Part shown: in pieces, positions 54,901-64,000 of the stretch
Numbering within the stretch: the stretch's first letter is position 1
Layout: every line of letters starts with the position of its first letter
Source: Octopus vulgaris
Lineage: Eukaryota
Direction of reading: 5' to 3'
DNA length: 64,000 nucleotides
Assembly (NCBI GenBank): GCA_951406725.2
Contig: OX597828.1
Location: forward strand, 36,952,001 to 37,016,000
Position numbers and translations under genes: made by a program
Notes under the pieces: model-generated
The model's input: only the letters and a program-made list of their open reading frames with translations
The model's database searches: none
What the model was told of the DNA's origin: nothing

Positions 54901-57900
54901 ATCCAAGCCAATAAGCCAACACAAATAGCCTGACAAAATAGCGAAACCAAATAGCCAACCCAAACAGCAAACACAAAATATCCAACCCAAATAGACAAGC
55001 CAAATAGCCAAGCCAAATAGCAAACCCAATAAGCCAACCCAAATAGCAAACACAAATCGCCAACCCAAATAGCCAAGCCAAAATACACAACCCAACTAGG
55101 CAAGCCAAATAGCCAAGCCAAATAGCCAAGCCAAATAGCAAACCCAAAAAGCCAATCCAAAAAGCCAAGCCAAGTAGCCAACTCAAAAAGGCAACCGAAA
55201 AAGCCAACCAAAATAGCCTAGCCAAATAGCTAAGCCAAATAGCGAACCCAAAGAGCAAACACAAATAGCCAACACAAATGGCCAAGCCAAATAGCCAAGC
55301 CAAAAAGTGAACACAAATAGTCAACACAAATAGCAAACCAAATAGCCAAGACAAGGAGCCAACCCAAATAGCAAACACAAAAAGCCTAACCAAATAGCCA
55401 AGCCAAATAGCCAAGCGAAATAGCCTAGCCTAAATAGCTAAGTCAAAAAGCCAACGCAAATAGCAAACACAAATAGCAAACCAAAAAACCAAGCCAAATA
55501 GTCAAGCGAATTAGCCTATCCAAATAGCAAAGTCAAAAAGCCAAGCCAAATAGCCAACCCAAATAGCAAACACAAATAGCCAACCCAAATAGCCAAGCCA
55601 AATAGCCAAGCTAAATAGCAATCCCAAATAGCCAACCCTAATAGCAAACCAAAATTGCCAACCAAAATAACACACGCAAATTGCTTAGCCGAATATTTGG
55701 CTTGTCTATTTGGGTTGATATTTGTGTTTGCTGTTTGGGTTGGATATTTGGCTTGGCTCTTTGGGTTGGCTATTTGGCTTGGCTAATTGATTTGGCAATT
55801 TGGGTTGGCTATTTTGGTTAGCTATTTGTGTTGGCTGTTTGGGTTCGCTATTTCGCTTGGCTATTTGGCTTGGCCATTTGTGCTGGCTATTTGTGTTTGC
55901 GCTTTGGGTTGGCTATTTCGCTTCGCTATTTGGCTAGGCAATTGTGGTGGGCATTTTCGGTTAGATATTTGAGTTGGATATTTGGCCTGGCTATTTCGGT
56001 TGGCTATTTGGGTTTGCAATTTGGTTTGGCTACTTGATTTGGCAATTTGGGTTTGCTATTTGTCTTCGCGAACCCAAATAGCGAACCCAAATAGCCAACC
56101 CAAATATCCAAGAAACATGAGTTGGCCTTTTGGCTTGGCCATTTCGGTTGGCTATTTGGGTTTGCTATTTGGTTTGGCTACTTGGCTAGGCTATTTGGGT
56201 TGGCTTTTTGGATTTTCTATTTGGCTTCGCGAAGCTAAATAGCGAACCCAAATAGCCAACACAAATAGCCAGCACAAATAGCCAAGTCAAATAGACAAAC
56301 CAAATAGCCTAGCCAAATAGCTAAGTCAAATAGCAAATTCAAATAGCCAAGCCAAATAGCCAAGCCAAAAAGCCAAGCCAAATAGCCAAGCAAAATAGAC
56401 AAGCCAAAAAGCCAAGCCAAATAGCCAAGCAAAATAGCCAAGCCAAATAGCCAAGTCAAATAGTCAAGTAAAATAGCCTGGCTTAATAGCCAACCCAAAT
56501 AGCCAACCCAAACAGCAAACACAAATAGCCAACCCAAAAAGACAAGCCCAATAGCCAAGCCAACAGGCAAACCCAAATAGCAAACACAAATAGCCAAGCC
56601 AAATAAACAACCAAAAAAGAAAAGCCAAATAGCCTAGCCAAAAAGTCAACCCAAATAGCAAAGAAAAATAGCCAACACAAGTAGCCAAGCCAAATAGCCA
56701 AGCCAAATAGCCAACCCAAATAGCCTAGCCAAATAGCAAAGGCAAATATCCAACCCAAATAGCAAACCTAAAAAGCCAAGCCAAATAGCAAATTCGAATA
56801 GCCAAGCAAAATAGACAAGCAAAGTAGACAAGCCAAATAGCAAACCCGAATAGCAAACCCAAATAGCCTAGCCTAATAGCCAAGCCAAATAGCCGAGCCA
56901 AATAGCCAAGCCAAATAGCCAACCCAAATAGCTTGGCCTAATAGCCAAGCCAAATAGCCAACCGAAACAGGAAACACAAATAGCCAAACCAAATAGACAA
57001 GCCAAATAGCCAAGCCAAAAAGCAAACCCAAATAGCCAAAACAAATAGGAAATTCAAATAGCCAAGTCAAATAGACTAGCCAAAAAGAAAATCCAAATAG
57101 CCTAGCCAATCCAAATAGCCAAGAAAAATAGCCAACACAAATAGCCAACCCAAAAAGACAAGCCAACTAGACAAGCCAAAAAGCAAACACAAATAGCCAA
57201 CCCAAATAGCAAATTCAAATAGCCAAGCCAAATAGACTAGCCAAAAAGAAAAGCCAAATAGCCTAGCCAATCCAAATAGCCAAGCCAAATAGCCGAGCCA
57301 AATAGCCAACCCAAAAAGCCCAGCCAAATAGCTAAAGCAAATATCCAACCCAAATAGCAAACCCAAAATGCCAAGCCAAATAGCAAATTCAAATAGCCAA
57401 GCAATATAGCCAAGCCAAATAGCCAAGCCAAGTAGCCAAGCCAAATAGTCAACCCAAATAGCCAACCCAAATAGCCTACCCAAATAGCCAAGACAAATAG
57501 CCAAGCCAAATAGCCAAGCCAAATAGCAAAGCCAAATAGCCAACCCAAATAGCCTGGCCTAATAGCCAAGCCAAATAGCCAACCCAAACAGCAAACACAA
57601 ATAGACAACGCAAAAAAACAAGCCAAATAGCCAAGCCAAATAGCGAACCCAAATAGCCAACCCAAAAACAAAATTCATATAGCCGAGCCAAATAGACAAG
57701 ACAAATAGCCAAGCCAAATAGCCAAGCCAAATAGCCAAGCCAAATAGCCAACCCAAAGAGCCTGGCCTAATAGCGAACCCAAATAGCCAACCCCAAAACA
57801 AAATTCAAATAGCCGAGCCAAATAGCCAAGCCAAATAGCCAAGCCAAATAGCCAACCCAAATAGCCGAGCCAAATAGTCAAGCCAAAAAGCAAAGCCAAA

Positions 57901-60900
57901 TAGCCAAGCAAAATAGCCAACCCAAATAGCCAACCCAAATAGCCTAGCCTAATAGCCAAGCCAAATAACCAAGCCAAATAGCCAAGCCAAATAGCCAAGC
58001 CAAATAGCTAAGCCAAATAGCCAAGCCAAAAAGCCAAGCCAAAAAGCTAAGCAAAATAGCCTGGCCTAATAGCGAACCCAAATAGCCAACCCAAACAGTA
58101 AACACTATTTCGGTTGGATGTTTCCGTTGGCTATCTGGGTTTGCTATTTGGTTTGGCTACTTGGCTAGGCTATTTGGGTTGGAATTTTGGATTTGATATT
58201 TGGCTTCGCGAAACTAAATTGCGAAAAAAAATAGCCAACACAAATAGCCAGCCCAAATAGCCAAGTCAAATAGCCAAATCAAAAAGCCTAGCCAAATAGC
58301 TAAGCCAAATATCCAACCCAAATTGCACACCCAAAATGCCAAGCCAAATAGCCAAGCCAAGTAGCTAAGCGAACTAGTCAACCAAATGCAAATAGCCAAG
58401 CCAAATAGAATAGCCAAAAAGAAAAGCCAAATAGCCTAGCCAATCCAAATAGCCAAGAAAAATAGCCAAGCCAAATAGCCAACCCAAATAGACAAGCCAA
58501 CTAGCCAAGCCAAAAAGCAAACCCAAATAGCCAACCCAAATAGCAAATTCAAATAGCCAAGCCAAATAGACTAGCCAAAAAGAAAAGCCAAATAGCCTAG
58601 CCAATCTAAATAGCCAAGCCAAATAGCCGAGCCAAATAGCCAACCCAAAAAGCCCAGCCAAATAGCTAAATCAAATATCCAACCCAAATAGCAAACCCAA
58701 AATGCCAAGCCAAATAGCAAATTCAAATAGCCAAGCAATATAGCCAAGCCAAATAGCCAAGCCAAGTAGCCAAGCCAAATAGTCAACCCAAATAGCCAAC
58801 CCAAATAGCCTACCCAAATAGCCAAGACAAATAGCCAAGACAAATAGCCAAGCCAAACAGCCAAGCCAAATAGCCAACCCAAATAGCCTAGACAAAAAGT
58901 CAAGCCAAATAGCCGAGCCAAATAGGCAGGCCAAATAGCCAAGCCAAATAGCCAACCCAAATAGCCTGGCCTAATAGCCAAGCCAAATAGCCAACCCAAA
59001 CAGCAAACACAAATAGCCAACGCAAAAAAACAAGCCAAATAGCCAAGCCAAATAGCGAACCCAAATAGCCAACCCAAAAACAATTCAAATAGCCGAGCCA
59101 AAGAGTCAAGCCAAAAAGCAAAGCCAAATAGCCAAGCAAAATAGCCAACCCAAAGAGCCAACCCAAACAGCCTAGCCTAATAGCCAAGCCATATAGCCAA
59201 GCCAAATAGCCAAGCCAAATAGCTAAGCCAAATAGCCAAGCCAAAAAGCCAAGCCAAAAAGCCAAGCAAAATAGCCTGGCCTAATAGCGAACCCAAATAG
59301 CCAACCCAAACAGTAAACACTATTTCGGTTGGATATTTCGGTTGGCTATCTGGATTTGCTATTTGGTTTGGCTACTTGGCTAGGCTATTTGGGTTGGCAT
59401 TTTGGGTTTGATATTTGGCTTCGCGAAACTAAATTGCGAAAAAAAATAGCCAACACAAATAGCCAGCCCAAATAGCCAAGTCAAATAGCCAAATCAAAAA
59501 GCCTAGCCAAATAGCTAAGCCAAATATCCAACCCAAATTGCAAACCCAAAATGCCAAGCCAAATAGAAAATTCAAATAGCCAAGCCAAATAGCCAAGCCA
59601 AGTAGCTAAGCGAACTAGTCAACCAAAATAGCCAACACAAATAGCCTAGCCAAATAGCCAAGCCAAATCTCCAAGCCAAATAGCCAACCCAAAAAGCCTA
59701 GCTAAATAGTCAAGCCAAATAGCCGAGCCAAATAGGCAAGCCAAATAGCCAAGCCAAATAGCCAACCCAAATAGCATGGCCTAATAGCCAAGCCAAAAAG
59801 CCAACCAAACAGCAAACACAAATAGCCAACCCAAAAAGAAAAGCCAAATAGCCAATCCAAATAGCAAACCCAAATAGCCCACCCAAAAACCAAATTTAAA
59901 TAGCCAAGCCAAATAGCCAAGCCAAAAAGCAAAGCCAAATAGCCAAGCAAAATAGCCAACCCAAATAGCCAACCCAAATAGCCTAGCCTAATAGCCAAGC
60001 CATATAGCCAAGCCAAATAGCCAAGCAAAAAAGCCAAGCCAAATAGCCAAGCCAAAAAGCCAAGCCAAAAAGCTAAAGCAAATAGCCTGGCCAAATCGCG
60101 AACCCAAGTAGCCAACCCAAACAGTTAACACAAATAGCCAACCCAAATAGAGAAGCCAAATAGCAAAGCCAAATAGCAAACCAAAATACCCAACCCAAAT
60201 AGCAAATTCAAATAGCAGAGCCAAATAGCCAAGCCAAAAAGAAAAGCCAAATAGCCTAGCCAAAAAGCCAAACCAAATAGCAAAGAAAAATACCCAACAC
60301 AAATAGCCAAGCTAAATAGCCAAGCCAACCCAAATAGCCTAATCAAATAGCTAAGCAAAATATATAACCCAAATAGCAAACCCAAAAAGCCAAGCCAAAT
60401 ATTAAATTCAAATAGCCAAGCCAAATAGCCAAGCCAAATAGCTAAGCCAAGTAGCCAAGCCAAATAGCCAATCCAAATAGCCAACCCAAAAAGCCTAGCC
60501 AAAAAGCCAAGCCAAATAGCCAAGACAAAAAGCCAACCCAAATAGCCAACCCGAAAAGCCAACCCAAATAGCCTAGCCAAATAGCCAAGCCAAATAGCCG
60601 AGCCAAATAGCCAAGCTATATAGCCACGCCAAGTAGCCAACCCAAATAGCCTGGCCTAATACCCATGCCAAATAGCCAACCGAAACAGCAAACACAAATA
60701 GCCAACCGAACAAGACAAGCCAAATAGCCAAGCAAAATAGCAAACTCAAATAGCCAACCCAAATACCAAATTCGAATAGCCAAGCCAAAAAGCCAAGCCA
60801 AAAAGCCAAGCCAAATAGCCAAGCAAAAATCACCAACCCAAAAAGCCAACACAAATAGCCTAGCCAAATAGCCAAGCCAAATAGCCTGGACTAATTGCCA

Positions 60901-63900
60901 AGCCAAATAGCCAACCCAAACAGCAAACACAAATAGCCAACCCAACAAGACAAGTCAAATAGCCAAGCCAAATATCAAACCCAAATAGCCAACCCAAATA
61001 GCCTAGCCAAATAGCTAAGCCAAATATCCAACCCAAATAGAAAACCCAAATAGCCAACCGAAATAGCGATCCCAAACAGATAATCCAAATAGCTAAGCCA
61101 AGTAGCCAAGCCAAATAGCCAAGCCAAATAGCCAACCCAAATAGCCAACCCAAAAAGCCTAGCCAAATAGCCAAGCCAAATTGCCATGCGACATAGCCAA
61201 GCCAAATAGCCTACCCAAATAGCTTACCAAAATAGCTAAGCCAAATATCCAACACAAATAGCAAACCCAAATAGCCAACCCAAATAGCCAAATAGCCAAC
61301 CCAACCAGCAAACACAATTAGCCAACCAAACAAGACAAGCCAAATAGCCAAGCCAAATAGCAAACCCAAATAGCCAACCCAAATACCGAATTCAAATAGC
61401 CAAGCCAAAAAGCTAAGCCAAAAACCCTAGTAAAATAGCCAACACAAATAGCCAACCCAAATAGACTAGCCAAATAGCAAACCCAAATAGACTAGCCTAA
61501 TAGCCAAGCCAAATAGCCAAGCCAAATGGCCAAGCCAAGTGGCCAAGCCAAATAGCCAAGACACATAGCCAAGCTAAAAAGCGAAGCCAAATAGCTTGGC
61601 CTAATAGCCAACCCAAACAGTAAACACAAATAGCCAACCCAAATAGAGAAACCAAATAGCCAACCCAAACAACAAACACAAATAGCCAAGCAAAATAGCC
61701 AAGCCAAATAGCCAAGCCAAATAGCCAAGCCAAATAGCCAACCCAAATAGCCTGGCCTAAAAGCAAAGCCAAATAGCCAACCCAAACAGCAAACACAAAT
61801 AGCCTACCCAACAAGACAAGCCAAATAAGCCAAGCACAAAAGCAAACCCAAATAGCCAACCCAAATACTAAATTCGAATAGCGAAGCCAAATAGCCAAGC
61901 CAAAAACCCAAGCCAAATAGCCAAGCAAAATAGCCAACCCAAATAGCCAACCCAAATAGCCTAGCCAAATAGCCAAGCCAAATTGCCAAGCCAAATAGCC
62001 AAGCCAAATAGCCAAGCGAAAAAGCAAAGCCAAATAGCCAAGCAAAATTGCCAACCCAAATAGACTAGCCTAATAGCCAAGCCAAATAGCCAAGCCAAAT
62101 GGCCAAGCCAAATAGCCAAGCCAAATAGCCAAGCTAAAAAGCGAAGCCAAATAGCTTGGCCTAATAGCCAACCCAAACAGTAAACACAAATAGCCAAGCC
62201 AAATAGAGAAGCCAAATAGCAAAGCCAAATAGCAAACCAAAATAGCCAACCCAAATAGCAAATTCAAATAGCCAAGCCAAAAAGAACAGCCAAATAGCCT
62301 AGCCAAAAAGCCAACCCAAATAGCAAAGAAAAATAGCCAACGCAAATAGCCAAGACAAATAGCCAAGCAAAATAGCCAACACAAATAGCCTAGCCAAATA
62401 GCTAAGCGAAAGCTATAACCCAAATAGAAAACGCAAAAAGCCAAGCCAAATATTAAATTCAAATAGCCAAGCCAAATAGCCAAGCCAAATAGCTAAGCAA
62501 AGTAGCCAAGCCAAATAGCTAACCTAAATAGCCTAGCCAAACAGCCAAGCCAAATAGCCAAGCCAAATAGCCAAGCCAAATAGCCAACCCAAACAGCCTA
62601 GCCAAATAGCCAAGCCAAATAGCCGAGCCAAAAAGCCAAGCGAAATAGACAAGCCAAATAACCAACCCAAATAGCCTGGACTAATTGCCAAGCCAAATAG
62701 CCAACCCAAACAGCAAACACAAATAGCCAACCCAACAAGACAAGTCAAATAGCCAAGCCAAATATCAAACCCAAATAGCCAACCCAAATAGCCTAGCCAA
62801 ATAGCTAAGCCAAATATCCAACCCAAATAGAAAACCCAAATAGCCAACCGAAATAGCGATCCCAAACAGATAATCCAAATAGCCTAGCCAAATAGCCAAC
62901 CCAAATAGCCTAGCCAAATAGCCAAGCCAAATAGCCGAGCCAAATAGCCAAGCTATATAGCCAAGCCAAGTAGCCAACCCAAATAGCCTGGCCTAATATC
63001 CATGCCAAATAGCCAACCGAAACAGCGAACACAAATAGCCAACCGAACAAGACAAGCCAAATAGCCAAGCAAAATAGCAAACTCAAATAGCCAACCCAAA
63101 TACCAAATTCGAATAGCCAAGCCAAAAAGCCAAGCCAAAAAGCCAAGCCAAATAGCCAAGCAAAAATCGCCAACCCAAAAAGCCAACACAAATAGCCTAG
63201 CCAAATAGCCAAGCCAAATTGCTAAGCCAAATAGCCAAGCCAAATAGCCAAGCCAAATAGCTAAGCCAAATAGCCAGGTCAAAAAGCAAAGCCAAATAGC
63301 CAAGCAAAATAGCCAACCCAAATAACCAACCCAAATAGCCTAGCCTAATAGCCAAGCCAAATAGCCAAGCCAAAGAGCCAAGCCAAAAAGCCAAGCGAAA
63401 AAGCCATGCCAAATAGCGAGGCCTAAAATCAAACCCAAATAGCCAACCCAAACAGTAAACACAAATAGCCAACCGAAATAGAGAAGCCAAAGAGCAAAGC
63501 TAAATAGCAAACCAAAATAGCCAACACAAATAGCAAATTCAAATAGCCAAGCCAAAGAGCCAAGCTAAAAAGAAAAGCCAAATAGCCTAGCCAAAAAGCC
63601 AAATAGCAAAGAAAAATAGCCAACACAAATAGCCAAGCCAAATAGCCAAGCCAAATAGCCAACCCAAATAGACTAAGCGAAATAGCTAAGCGAAATATAT
63701 AACCCAAAAAGCAAACCAAAAAAGCCAAGCCAAATATTAAGTTCAAATAGCCAAGCCAAATAGCCAAGCCTGATAGCCAAGCCAAGTAGTCATGCCAAAT
63801 AGCCAAACAAAATAGCCAACCCAAATATCCTAGCCAAATAGACAAGCCAAATAACCAAGCCAAATAGCCAAGCCAAATAGCCAACCCAAATAGCCTAGCC

Positions 63901-64000
63901 AAATAGCTAAGCCAAATATGCAACCAAAATAGCAAACCCAAATAGCCAACCCAAATAGCGATCCCAAACAGATAACCCAAATAGCCAAGACAAATCGAAA
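48926..64000. repeat. 13-bp tandem satellite, consensus AAATAGCCAA(G/C)CC, over 15 kb, running off the window end; mixed orientation
   Basis: Continuous 13-nt periodicity with substitution variants (aaatagccaagcc, aaatagccaaccc, aaatagcaaaccc, aaatagccaacac, aaatagcctagcc) and few indels. It begins abruptly after a (TA)n tract. Confidence 0.97.

Noticed and set aside
54244-56238. Full NF-I palindromic sites at satellite inversion junctions
   Set aside because: TTGGC..GCCAA spacing is 8 nt rather than the required 5.
48990-63980. Dozens of W/L/G/Y/A-rich membrane-like ORFs
   Set aside because: They are translations of the stop-poor strand of the 13-bp satellite (13-aa period [13 protein letters not shown]). 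They appear in all frames and flip strand with the array.
48926-64000. CRISPR array or telomere
   Set aside because: There are no unique spacers or cas genes and the context is eukaryotic. The unit is not TTAGGG-like and is too divergent and bidirectional for telomerase product.

Overview
AT-rich, microsatellite-saturated eukaryotic DNA. The SINE families, repeat density and composition point to an octopus (coleoid cephalopod) genome; this is inference from recalled repeat sequences, not a database result. Bases 1-48.9 kb are intronic or intergenic. They hold about 30 copies or fragments of three tRNA-derived SINE families, small fossils of RTE, CR1-like and restriction-endonuclease-type LINEs and of Tc1/mariner, pogo, hAT and Helitron-like elements, and two MITE-like inverted repeats. 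Many 150-800 bp inserts sit in (TA)n tracts, and several of them carry type I hammerhead-ribozyme folds with loop-less palindromic helix III, as known for Penelope-like retroelements (best at 13319-13378 +, 36695-36753 + and 43300-43388 -). Two GT-AG-bounded, phase-compatible minus-strand exons (45434-45705, 44543-44647) encode an unrecognised 10-cysteine peptide. Bases 48.9-64 kb are a 13-bp satellite (AAATAGCCAA[G/C]CC) with at least 10 orientation switches and kb-scale higher-order repeats. Nearly all supplied ORFs are repeat artefacts. All alignments and folds were done by eye.
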